A DNA stretch of 64,000 nt from Minisyncoccota bacterium (GTDB taxonomy: Bacteria; Patescibacteriota; Minisyncoccia; Phycocordibacterales; Phycocordibacteraceae). A program made the position numbers and the translations under genes. Location: positions 125,862 through 189,861 of the forward strand of contig DASWXP010000002.1 of the NCBI GenBank assembly GCA_036405415.1, given 5' to 3'. The notes beneath the pieces were generated by a model. The model saw only the letters and a program-made list of their open reading frames with translations. It made no database searches and was not told the DNA's origin. Below, in pieces: positions 26,813-35,656 of the stretch; position 1 is the stretch's first letter; each line of letters opens with the position of its first letter.

Positions 26813-28081
26813 TTACTTGGCGTTCTGGACCGAGACCTTGATTTTCTCAGGATCTGTCGGGAACGAGCCCTTCCAGAACGGGCGGATGACGAGCTCGGCC
26901 TGGTCTACCTCAGGGAACCCAGCAAGGAGCATCTTTGCGGAATCGCGGGTCTTTCCGGCTACGGCCGCGGAAATCTTGGCTGGATCGACGACCCAGAGGA
27001 TCTTCGTGCTGCCTGAGAGGGAGAAGGCGAATTCGGTAGCGCCCGCAACCGGAAGGTCTCCTACCGGAGCCAGGGTGAGGCCCGAATGGTCCGAAAGGGT
27101 AACCGGCTGGCCGCTGTAAGCGCCTACTACCTGGAACGCGATGGCGCGTGCGAGCGCTTCCGTCGGGAAGACGATGCCGCGCGCGATTCCCTTCTCAGAA
27201 AGCTCTACGTTATTGCCTGCAGCGGCAGCGTCCGGCTGCGCCTCGTAGGTAACGGTGCTTGCGCCCTTGAGGAGCGTGTACCCCTCAGGAACCGCTTCGA
27301 GAAGCGCCTGATCCATCTCGCCCGTAAGCTTCGTTCGAAGCTCACCTGCCTTAGACTCGCGCGTCGCTGCAGAGACGCTCGGACGCGGACCTGCGAAGCC
27401 GCCCTTCATTGCCTCAGAAGAGCGGGCCGTAACGAGCGTAAATGTCGCGCCACCCTTGAGGCCCGGAAGCGTGAAGGTAGTCGGACCTACATTGTAGGAG
27501 TCGCCGGTCGCGTCCGCATATACGGTAGCTTCAAGGCGTCCTGGCTGTCCGCCAGACGCTGCAGGTACGTTCACGGAGTCGCGGATGCGGAAGATAAGAC
27601 CTTCAGGCGTCTCGAATCGGGTGTTCTTGATGAGCTGCTGCGGGGTGTCCTGCTTGTTCTCGATCGTGATAGTGCCTTGGGCGGACTGGTTTACGGTCTC
27701 GGTGCCTTCAGACGGAACGGACGCGGTCGCTACCTTCTCTACCGTGATCACCTCAAACGGAAGGTCGCCGGTGCCCTGTGCTGCTACGAACTCGCCCTGG
27801 ACGGAAGAGGTGTTCTTAGTTGCGGTCACCTTTACCTCAGCTCCGGAGAACGCGAAGAGCGCGCCAACGGACACGAGCATTACGGCAAGCGCCGCGATGG
27901 CCGTACCCACCGGGAACGAGCGGCGCGGCTTCTGCGGGCGCTCGTACATCGGGCGGATCGGAGGAGGTACCACCGGCGGCATGTCGCCGCCCATGGAGGT
28001 GTACTGCGGGACATCAGGAGTGCCTTCGCCCATCGCGCGGCGGCGTGATGGCGGGATGATGTCGTTCAGGTTCTTTTGCAT
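26813..28081 (-). CDS. Hypothetical single-pass membrane protein (422 aa) with a Pro-rich cytoplasmic N-terminus and an Ala/Thr/Gly-rich extracytoplasmic domain
   Basis: ATG at 28081 (MQKNLNDIIPP...); the track start is TTG. One TM helix (VGTAIAALAVMLVSVGALFAF). No recognised domain. Lies downstream of the PilM/FtsA-like gene. Confidence 0.5.
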   Translation of the reverse strand: MQKNLNDIIPPSRRRAMGEGTPDVPQYTSMGGDMPPVVPPPIRPMYERPQKPRRSFPVGTAIAALAVMLVSVGALFAFSGAEVKVTATKNTSSVQGEFVAAQGTGDLPFEVITVEKVATASVPSEGTETVNQSAQGTITIENKQDTPQQLIKNTRFETPEGLIFRIRDSVNVPAASGGQPGRLEATVYADATGDSYNVGPTTFTLPGLKGGATFTLVTARSSEAMKGGFAGPRPSVSAATRESKAGELRTKLTGEMDQALLEAVPEGYTLLKGASTVTYEAQPDAAAAGNNVELSEKGIARGIVFPTEALARAIAFQVVGAYSGQPVTLSDHSGLTLAPVGDLPVAGATEFAFSLSGSTKILWVVDPAKISAAVAGKTRDSAKMLLAGFPEVDQAELVIRPFWKGSFPTDPEKIKVSVQNAK

Positions 28082-28179
28082 AGCAACGTAGAAAAAGCCT
28101 TGGATAGTAAGATGCCCAGTTCTATGCCTGAAAGTATACACCCCCAAACCTGTGTATTCGGGGTGGGCGGGTATAAACG

Positions 28180-29334
28180 CTAGGAAGCCTCGTTTCCCTT
28201 CTTTGCCGCGTACAGGGCGAGTACGGCAAGGTAGAGGTCCCCCTCGCCGAGTCCCCTCGTGGTTACTTTGGTAGCGAGGTTCGCAGGAGATACCGCGATG
28301 ACTGAAAGCGGCTCGTCTGAAAGCCAGAGCGACTTGAGTTCGCTCCCTTCAAGGGATCGCTTCAGGTATTCGCGCGCGCTTGGGTGCGCGAGCAAGAAAA
28401 GTGTCCGTGGCAATGCGCGGGTGCCGGAGAACGCGGCGAGAATCTCCTTAAGCTCGGTAAGCCAGACGCGCTCGATAGCTTCGGCTTCTTCCGCAAACGT
28501 CTTGTTCGCCTCTGGATCGAGCATCTGGTCAGCGCCCAGATGCGCGCGCTGTCCGGCTTTGCGCGCGGCTCGTTCAAGGTCATGGGTCCCGTACGCAACC
28601 GTACGGGCCTCGACCAGCATCCCGCGCTTTACGAGCGCCACGTCCGTGCCGGACCCTGACACGTCGAGCAGAAGAAAATCCTTCTGGTGCGGATAGAGGT
28701 CCCGGAACACCGTATAGGAAGCGGGTGAGAATGCGGCGAGCTCGATGCTTCCGGTATGGAATGCCTTGCGGACCGAGGCTTCGATCTGCCGGGCCGCTTC
28801 CTTCTCAAGGGAAGACGAGAGCACGACCAAATCCGCCCTAGTTACGCGCTTCCCGAACGGATTGGGCGTCTCGTATCCGTTCAGAACGGTTGCGATAACG
28901 GTCCTACCCGAGCGGATTCGGTCCTTCTTCAACGGCGCGCTCCCTACGGCGTCCAAGTGCGCATGCGTGAACGTAAACGGCTTCTTCTCCTCAAGATGCG
29001 TGGTTGCCACCTCGGTCTCTTGCCAGGGTGCTGATACCGATACGAGCACCTTTTCTACGGACCCGTCTCCGGTCTCGCGCCTGAGCGCGGGCGCTCCTTC
29101 GAGCACCATGAGCTGCTCGAGAAACGAAAGGGAACGCAGCATGCTCTCGAGGATTGTTTCGCCTTCTCGCGGCTCGACATCAACGCGCGCGGTGTAGTAG
29201 ATGACGGGAAGCGTTCCTTCCTCGTAGCGCACGTACGCTCCGCCTACTGACGCGGAGTTGATGTCGATAACGGCTATGGAAGTGCCCTTGCCTTTCTTGA
29301 ATGAGAAAAGACCCATGCGCGAAGTATAGCGCAT
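28180..29334 (-). CDS. Actin-like ATPase of the PilM/FtsA family
   Basis: 384 aa. N-terminus has IAVIDINSASVGGAYV (phosphate-1-like) and a later LLLDVSGSGTDVALV motif typical of the PilM/FtsA/MreB fold. The downstream single-TM protein fits a PilM-PilN/O-like pairing, but this is weak. Confidence 0.5.
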   Translation of the reverse strand: MRYTSRMGLFSFKKGKGTSIAVIDINSASVGGAYVRYEEGTLPVIYYTARVDVEPREGETILESMLRSLSFLEQLMVLEGAPALRRETGDGSVEKVLVSVSAPWQETEVATTHLEEKKPFTFTHAHLDAVGSAPLKKDRIRSGRTVIATVLNGYETPNPFGKRVTRADLVVLSSSLEKEAARQIEASVRKAFHTGSIELAAFSPASYTVFRDLYPHQKDFLLLDVSGSGTDVALVKRGMLVEARTVAYGTHDLERAARKAGQRAHLGADQMLDPEANKTFAEEAEAIERVWLTELKEILAAFSGTRALPRTLFLLAHPSAREYLKRSLEGSELKSLWLSDEPLSVIAVSPANLATKVTTRGLGEGDLYLAVLALYAAKKGNEAS

Positions 29335-29364
29335 GGGTCTTTTCGTTTCTTCGTGTTAGTGCAC

Positions 29365-31281
29365 CTATGCAAGAACGCCCTTAATCCTGCGCACCCCCGC
29401 AGCAACCGCTTCCTCCTTTTGGATACGGAATTTCATGCCTCCCTCGTGTATCTCGCGTGTGTTCGTGACATGCGGACCGCCGCAGAACTCGAGCGAAAAC
29501 GCGTTTGGGATATCTGGGTTCCCTTCAATCGCATGTGCAGGACCCACGGAATACACGGACACCATATCCGGGTACTTAACACCGAACTCCATTTCCGCTC
29601 CAAGCTTCTCTGCTTCCTCGCGCGGCATAACGGTCCTCGTAACCGGGAGGTCCTGATAGATGATCTCGTTCACGATCCTCTCCACTTCCGCTTTCTGCTC
29701 GTCCGTCATCTTTCCTGGAGACGCGAAGTCGATGCGCAGGCGTTCAGCCGTAATATTCGAGCCGCGCTGCTTTACTTCATGCCCAAGCACCATCTGCAGC
29801 GCCTTAAGGAGGATGTGGTGCGTGGTGTGGTACCGGACCGTCTGCGCTGAGTGATCCGCAAGGCCGCCTGCGAACTTCTGAGCCGCGCCGGCGCGGGACT
29901 GGCTCTGGTGCTCCTTCATCTTCGCGGCAACAGCCTCCATATCAAGCGCGATGCCGCGCTCCTTGGCGATCTCTTCCGTAAGCTCAACAGGGAAGCCGTA
30001 GGTAGTGAAAAGAGTGTACGCAGCGTCAGGCGTGAGCTGGTCTTTCGCTACGAGCTTCTCGAGCTCGCGCATTCCCTGCGCAAGCGTCTTTCTAAACTTT
30101 TCTTCCTCCTTCGCGAGCTCTTCGCGGATCATGTCTGCATGCGCGAGCACGTGCGGATAATGGTCGGCATACGCTTCGCCGTATCCTTTTGCTACGTCGG
30201 CAAGCACCGCATCCTTGATGCCGAGCCGATCCGCTTCGCGAATCGCGCGACGGATAAGGCGGCGGAGCACGTACCCTGCCTCGGTGTTAGATGGCTTGAT
30301 GTCTTCCGCGAGCATGAAGGACGCGGCGCGCATGTGGTCAAGGATGATGCGATACGCGCGCGTCGTCTCCTCGTCTGAGCCATACGCCTTTCCGGTGCGT
30401 GCTTCGAGCACGCCGCGCGCTGCATCGAATACGTCGAGCAGGAATGCGTCAGGAGTGCCTATAGATGCCATCCCGAGGCGCTCGAGACCGCCGCCGAAAT
30501 CCACGTTCTGCTTCGGAAGCGGGACGAAGCTTCCGTCCTCTGCCTTAACGAACTGCATGAACACCGAGTTCCCGATCTCGACGAATCGTCCGCAGTCGCA
30601 GTTCGGATGGCACTCAGGGCCCCACGAGGTATCGTGCGTAAGGCCGAAATCGTAGAAGATCTCGGAATCCGGGCCGCCCGGCTCGCCTGCCGGCATGTTC
30701 GCCGGAACCCCTGCGCGACTCCACCAGTTCTTCTTCGCGTCGTACGCGAAGATGCGCGCGCCCTGCATGCCCTTCTGGTATCCGTCCGCTTCAGAGCCGA
30801 TGTTCGCGAATCCTGCATCGATTCCCTTCTCTTTATAAAGGCGCTGCCAGATGGATACGGCCTCCATATCAGGACCCATGCCAGTGCTCTCGTCCCCGGC
30901 AAACACCGTTACATGGAGTCTTTCTGGATCAAGCCCGAGCCCCTCTTCTTTTGAGGTTAGAAATTCGAATACCCACGGAAGCTGCTCTTCCTTGAAATAG
31001 TCTCCGAGAGACCAGTTGCCGAGCATCTCGAAGAACGTGGTGTGGCGGTTGTCGCCAACCTCCTCGATGTCTCCTGCACGGAAGGAGAGCTGCGAGTCCA
31101 CGATACGGGTGCCTGCCGGGTGCGCTTCTCCGAGCAGGTACGGCACCAAGGGCTGCATGCCCGACGAGGTAAAAAGCGTGGTCGGGTCGTTTCCAGGCAC
31201 GATCGGCGCCGAAGGGATGATGGCGTGCCCGCGCTTCTCGTAAAAGGCGAGGAACCGGCTGCGTACGTCGCTAAGCTTCAT
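29365..31281 (-). CDS. alaS: Alanine--tRNA ligase (short form lacking the C-Ala domain)
   Basis: N-terminal AlaRS catalytic core (FTSSGMQPL..., FFEMLGNWSLGDYFK), an editing domain with HTTHHILLKAL and a CxxxH region. Only 638 aa versus about 870 typical. Confidence 0.9.
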   Translation of the reverse strand: MKLSDVRSRFLAFYEKRGHAIIPSAPIVPGNDPTTLFTSSGMQPLVPYLLGEAHPAGTRIVDSQLSFRAGDIEEVGDNRHTTFFEMLGNWSLGDYFKEEQLPWVFEFLTSKEEGLGLDPERLHVTVFAGDESTGMGPDMEAVSIWQRLYKEKGIDAGFANIGSEADGYQKGMQGARIFAYDAKKNWWSRAGVPANMPAGEPGGPDSEIFYDFGLTHDTSWGPECHPNCDCGRFVEIGNSVFMQFVKAEDGSFVPLPKQNVDFGGGLERLGMASIGTPDAFLLDVFDAARGVLEARTGKAYGSDEETTRAYRIILDHMRAASFMLAEDIKPSNTEAGYVLRRLIRRAIREADRLGIKDAVLADVAKGYGEAYADHYPHVLAHADMIREELAKEEEKFRKTLAQGMRELEKLVAKDQLTPDAAYTLFTTYGFPVELTEEIAKERGIALDMEAVAAKMKEHQSQSRAGAAQKFAGGLADHSAQTVRYHTTHHILLKALQMVLGHEVKQRGSNITAERLRIDFASPGKMTDEQKAEVERIVNEIIYQDLPVTRTVMPREEAEKLGAEMEFGVKYPDMVSVYSVGPAHAIEGNPDIPNAFSLEFCGGPHVTNTREIHEGGMKFRIQKEEAVAAGVRRIKGVLA

Positions 31282-31292
31282 ATACGGCTACT

Positions 31293-33338
31293 TTACTTGC
31301 CCGAAAGCTCGCGCGCTAGGGCGTCAGCCTTATACACGGTCTTCAGCACCGAATAGATACCCTGCGAGTGTACGCAGACCGTATGCTCCTTCTCGTCCGC
31401 CATATACATGAACGAATCTCCTCCCTGCGTATGCACGAGCCCGTCAAAAAGAAGTCCTACGATCTCCTTATTCGGCGTAAATACCGGACTGCCTGAGTTT
31501 CCGCCATGCGTGTCGTGCGTGGTGATGAAGTTGAACGCGGACTTGTCCTGTACAAGCTTCGCGCGCTGCTTCTCCCAGGACGCAGGAAGCTTCCATGGGA
31601 ACTCTCCCTTATGAAGCGCTGCGTGCGCGAACACCCCGCCGATAGTCGTGTAGTTTGGTTCAGGGACCTTTTCTACCGCATACTGCACGCTCTTACCGTA
31701 CGTAAGTCGAAGCGTGAAGGTTGCATCTGGATAGATGGACTCCCCGTACAGACTGAATAGGGCCTGCGCGATGCGACCGTACGCGTCTTCCATAACCGTA
31801 TCGACACGTGTCTCGACGAGCTTACGCACCTTGCGCGCGCGGGAATCGATTGAGAGCGCGAGCTGAATGAAGGGATCCTTCGATGCCCCTACCGCCGCCT
31901 TCCCGCCTTTCACGAGCTTCTTTCGCTCAGCCACCGAATCAAGCTTTGACCTCCCTACATATTCTTTGGCAACCGCTTCAACAGAGCGTCCTCCCAGGAT
32001 GCGCTTCACATCCTTGTCATCAAAGCCAAGCGTCTCGACGAGGTATCGAAGCGCATCAGTAAACAAATGTTCTTCAAGATCCTTATATATGGGCGTCGGC
32101 GCGTACAATTCCTCAAGAAGCGAGTCTCTTCGTGCGTCGCCGAACTCCTCAAGTCGCTTCGCGTTCGGCTTCGTATCCTCTTCAACGAGGCGAACGATGG
32201 TATGCGCGATGCCGAACAATTCCGAGCGGAATCCGCGTCCTGCCTCGAACATGAGGTATTCGTCACGATGTGCACGGAAGAGCTCGAGTGCTTCCTTGAT
32301 CTCGTCCCACGCCTTTCCCGTGCGCTTTGCAACGGCCGGGTTCTTCTTGATCGCAGCGCGAATCTCTTGTTCGCGCTTTTCGAGCGCGTCTGTAAAGCTC
32401 TGGGTTTGGATGGACGCGAGCTGACCAGCGTAGCGCTTCCGGACGTTCTGGATGGAGTGCAGGCGATCATCCGCTCGGCGCGCATGCTCCGGGGACCTGC
32501 CGGCAAACTGCTGCAAGAGCACCTCCTGGCGCCGAACATAATCCATGAGACGCGGCATGGACTCATTGCGCATGAGCACGATGCGGTCATAGGTCGAAAG
32601 ACGATCCGTACTCCCTGGATGCCCTGCTACGAACAAGGGTTCGCCAAGCTTCGGAGCGCGCGTAGACCATGCGAAATGACTCGGAGACTGGAGCGGCTTG
32701 CCGTTCTCGTATACGCGGAAGAATGTCACGTCGAGCGAGTAGCGGGGATACTCGTAGTTATCGATGTCGCCACCGAACGAGGCGATAGCGCTTTCAGGAG
32801 CGAACACGAGACGTACATCCGTGTATTTCATATACCGGTACAGGTGGTACTGACCGCCGTTATACAGCGTCACCACGTCGCTTCTCATGCCGGTACGCTC
32901 CTTCGATTCCTTCTCGATAGAAGCAATCACGGCACGACGCTTCTCCATGCGCTTCTCAAGATCCTTGATTCCCTTCAAAGACTCCTCTATCTGCTTCGTG
33001 ACGTCCTCAATCTCCCACAGCACGTTCACCTCGAGCTGCTTGGCTTTAAGCTCTTCCGCTCGTGTCTTCGCGAGGAAGCCATCTTTCATGTAGTCCTTCT
33101 CCTTCGAGCTCAGATTATAGAGGATGTCAGCTGCGACGTGATGATTGGTCGCGATAAGGCCGTCTTTTGAGACGAACGAGGCGGATCCGCCGTTGTTCAT
33201 GCGCACCGCAGCGCGCTGGATGTTCTCGATCCATGCGTCGTCTACCGATACCTTGTGAAGCTTCTTAAGTCGATCCTTTGGGACCATGTTTAGGGGCCAC
33301 ATGCCCTCATCCCCTTTGAGTATGGTGTCAGCATTCAT
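31293..33338 (-). CDS. Peptidase S46 family (dipeptidyl-peptidase 7/11-like), apparently without a signal peptide
   Basis: ATG 33338 gives MNADTILKGDEGMW..., matching the mature N-terminus of S46 DPPs. Catalytic His in DGLIATNHHV and Ser in TTHDTHGGNSGSPV. There is no room for a signal peptide, because ung ends at 33366. Confidence 0.8.
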   Translation of the reverse strand: MNADTILKGDEGMWPLNMVPKDRLKKLHKVSVDDAWIENIQRAAVRMNNGGSASFVSKDGLIATNHHVAADILYNLSSKEKDYMKDGFLAKTRAEELKAKQLEVNVLWEIEDVTKQIEESLKGIKDLEKRMEKRRAVIASIEKESKERTGMRSDVVTLYNGGQYHLYRYMKYTDVRLVFAPESAIASFGGDIDNYEYPRYSLDVTFFRVYENGKPLQSPSHFAWSTRAPKLGEPLFVAGHPGSTDRLSTYDRIVLMRNESMPRLMDYVRRQEVLLQQFAGRSPEHARRADDRLHSIQNVRKRYAGQLASIQTQSFTDALEKREQEIRAAIKKNPAVAKRTGKAWDEIKEALELFRAHRDEYLMFEAGRGFRSELFGIAHTIVRLVEEDTKPNAKRLEEFGDARRDSLLEELYAPTPIYKDLEEHLFTDALRYLVETLGFDDKDVKRILGGRSVEAVAKEYVGRSKLDSVAERKKLVKGGKAAVGASKDPFIQLALSIDSRARKVRKLVETRVDTVMEDAYGRIAQALFSLYGESIYPDATFTLRLTYGKSVQYAVEKVPEPNYTTIGGVFAHAALHKGEFPWKLPASWEKQRAKLVQDKSAFNFITTHDTHGGNSGSPVFTPNKEIVGLLFDGLVHTQGGDSFMYMADEKEHTVCVHSQGIYSVLKTVYKADALARELSGK

Positions 33339-33365
33339 AGTACAAGGACTGTACCACACGCCCGA

Positions 33366-34031
33366 TTAGGACCAATCTACAGGCTCTTTTCCGTGCTCTT
33401 TGAGGTACGCATTCGCCTTACTAAACGGCTTTGAGCCAAAGAAGCCGTTAGATGCGGAGAACGGGGACGGGTGCGCAGACTCGATAACCAAATGCTTGGC
33501 ACGGTCTATATGGGCTCCCTTGCTGCGGGCGTAATTGCCCCAGAGTATGAAAACGATGTGCTCGCGTTCTTCTGAGAGCGCCTTGATAGCCGCATCCGTG
33601 AATGCTTCCCAGCCTTTTCCCTGGTGCGAGCCTGCGGTGCGGGCACGAACTGTAAGCGTAGCGTTGAGAAGCAGTACGCCTTGCTTTGCCCAGCGCGAAA
33701 GATCGCCATGCGCACCCACCGGCGTCCCGAGATCGTCTGCAAGCTCTTTGTATATGTTACGCAAGGACGGCGGAAGCGTCATGCCTTCTTCTACCGCAAA
33801 CGAGAGGCCGATCGCCTGACCTGGTCCGTGATAGGGATCCTGCCCGAGTATCACCACCTTCACCTGACCGAACGGCGTAAGCTCGAATGCCCGGAATATA
33901 TTCTTCGGGTGCGGGTACACCGCACTGCTCTGGTATTCCTCTTTTACGAACTCCGTGAGCTCCTTAAAGTACGGCTTTTTGAACTCCCCTTCGAGCTTCT
34001 CCTTCCAGGACGGCTCTATACGCACCTCCAT
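33366..34031 (-). CDS. ung: Uracil-DNA glycosylase, family 1
   Basis: GQDPYHGPGQAIGLSFAV water-activating motif and the C-terminal HPSPLS-like motif (ESAHPSPFSASNG). 221 aa. Confidence 0.9.
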   Translation of the reverse strand: MEVRIEPSWKEKLEGEFKKPYFKELTEFVKEEYQSSAVYPHPKNIFRAFELTPFGQVKVVILGQDPYHGPGQAIGLSFAVEEGMTLPPSLRNIYKELADDLGTPVGAHGDLSRWAKQGVLLLNATLTVRARTAGSHQGKGWEAFTDAAIKALSEEREHIVFILWGNYARSKGAHIDRAKHLVIESAHPSPFSASNGFFGSKPFSKANAYLKEHGKEPVDWS

Positions 34032-34034
34032 ACG

Positions 34035-34817
34035 CTATTTCTTATTCTTTTGATGCAGCGCGAGCAGCTTCTTTCCTGACGCTTCGCGATACGGGCAGAA
34101 TTCGCACGCGCCGCCCACGGGCGGAATAGCCTCCGCCTCAAGTACGGCCTTGATCCTCGGGAGCACCTCGTCGATCCAGCCGGTCTGCCCTTCGCACTCG
34201 ACGACCGTTACCTCAAACTCGAGCTTCCCGTCGAACGCCTCCTTGTCCCCATCCGCGTTCGCGTACACGAGGTATCCCATGTTTGAGACGTCAAACCCGT
34301 TTTTCCGAAGGAGCCATTGGTACACGCCCATCTGGCGGCGGTACTGCTCGTTCCAGCTCGAGTCTCCCAGGATCTCGATCTTTCCTGGCTTGGAAGTGGA
34401 TTTGTAATCTACGACGATGAGCTGCCCGTTCTCGTCTACCCAGATATCGTCTACGGCTCCTGAGATAACGAATCCGGTCTCAGGATCCTTGTATTCGACA
34501 CCTTCGAAGTTCTCGCGCCAGGTATCCATGTTGGCGTGGCTGAACGGTACCGCCTTGATGCCGTACTGCTCCATCAACGGATGCGGCGTGCCTGCTTTGC
34601 GGTGTCCGTCGAATTCCTTCTTGAAGAGCTGGTCTACGGCCTTGTTAAGGGTGAACTCAGGGTAGCTAGGGCGCTTGGTGCCAAGCTTGTTATCAAGATA
34701 GAAGCAGCGCTCGCATTCGAGGAAGAACTCGATCTTCGAGCGCGAGAGGCGCCATTTCTTGCCGCCGTAGTTCCAGTCGGCGCTTCGGTTTGGGTTGTAT
34801 CGCTTCCAGTCCGCCAT
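34035..34817 (-). CDS. PD-(D/E)xK nuclease, Cas4-like / DUF83 family with a 4-Cys cluster
   Basis: Start at ATG 34817 (MADWKRYNP...); upstream ORF sequence overlaps the preceding gene. Motifs: N-terminal CERC, VDDIWVDENGQLIVVDYKS (D...DxK), QMGVYQWLL (QxxxY), C-terminal CEFCPY. Total 4 Cys, as in Cas4 Fe-S nucleases. Confidence 0.7.
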   Translation of the reverse strand: MADWKRYNPNRSADWNYGGKKWRLSRSKIEFFLECERCFYLDNKLGTKRPSYPEFTLNKAVDQLFKKEFDGHRKAGTPHPLMEQYGIKAVPFSHANMDTWRENFEGVEYKDPETGFVISGAVDDIWVDENGQLIVVDYKSTSKPGKIEILGDSSWNEQYRRQMGVYQWLLRKNGFDVSNMGYLVYANADGDKEAFDGKLEFEVTVVECEGQTGWIDEVLPRIKAVLEAEAIPPVGGACEFCPYREASGKKLLALHQKNKK

Positions 34818-34819
34818 AC

Positions 34820-35656
34820 CTATGCGTCTGCGCCGCAGAGCGTGTTCGTCTCTGCGACAACCGTGCCGATGCGCTCGGGCGTAAGGCCGATGCCGCGCAA
34901 AAGGTCCCGGTGCTCGCGCACCTGCTGGCAGGTGACGATGCCCTGGTCTATCAAAAGGCGCTTCTCGCTCTTCTTGAGCGTCGTGAGCGCGGTAACCGGG
35001 AAGAGTCCTGACGCCACGATGCGGTCGTAGAGGCTCGAGCCATGTGGATAGCTCCACCCGAGAAGCTGCATGCCAGAGCAGGTAGCAAAATCAATAGCGT
35101 CCTTCGTGAACTTGGTGTTCGTGATCAAGAATCCGATATCGACCGGACAGGTCTTCTGGTCCTCTTCCTTGCACTGCCAGATATCGTCAAAGCGCGCCTT
35201 CACATAGAGCGCTACCTTCACGTCCGTCTTATAGCCCGGGCTGTTGTGGTACTTAAGTTCCGCGGCGAGATGCTCGTTCCCGCGCTTCGCGTACACGTCC
35301 ACCTCGTGCGACACGCACTTCCCGGGGATCATACGGCGGCCCTCTACGGTCCAGCCTTCTTTCTTGAAGAGCTCCGCTACGAAGTCCTCGAACGGATGGC
35401 CCGTAGGGCCGAGGTCAAAGAGCGCACGGCGCAAGCTATAGCGTGCGGCTGCAGGACGTGCGTCCGTGCGGAGCATCTGGAACGCGCGGCGATAGATATC
35501 AGAGCTTTCAGCGCGCGGACCCATGGTCGCTTCGATCGTATGACGGATGCGTTCCGCCGTGACATCTGAGGCGCCTGCACGACGCAAAGAGCTCTCGAGC
35601 TTCACACCATCGAAGATCTCGACGGTCCCGTCTGCCTTGATGATCTCGGGCTTCAT
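34820..35656 (-). CDS. ATP-cone + restriction-endonuclease-like (Mrr-type PD-(D/E)xK) + HhH protein
   Basis: N-terminal ATP-cone (MKPEIIKADGTVEIFDGVKLESSLRRAGAS...), then a Mrr-cat-like core (FEDFVAELFKKEGW..., EVDVYAK..., AAELKYH = D...ExK), then a C-terminal HhH (LLRGIGLTPERIG). Its start abuts the mnmA stop. Confidence 0.7.
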   Translation of the reverse strand: MKPEIIKADGTVEIFDGVKLESSLRRAGASDVTAERIRHTIEATMGPRAESSDIYRRAFQMLRTDARPAAARYSLRRALFDLGPTGHPFEDFVAELFKKEGWTVEGRRMIPGKCVSHEVDVYAKRGNEHLAAELKYHNSPGYKTDVKVALYVKARFDDIWQCKEEDQKTCPVDIGFLITNTKFTKDAIDFATCSGMQLLGWSYPHGSSLYDRIVASGLFPVTALTTLKKSEKRLLIDQGIVTCQQVREHRDLLRGIGLTPERIGTVVAETNTLCGADA

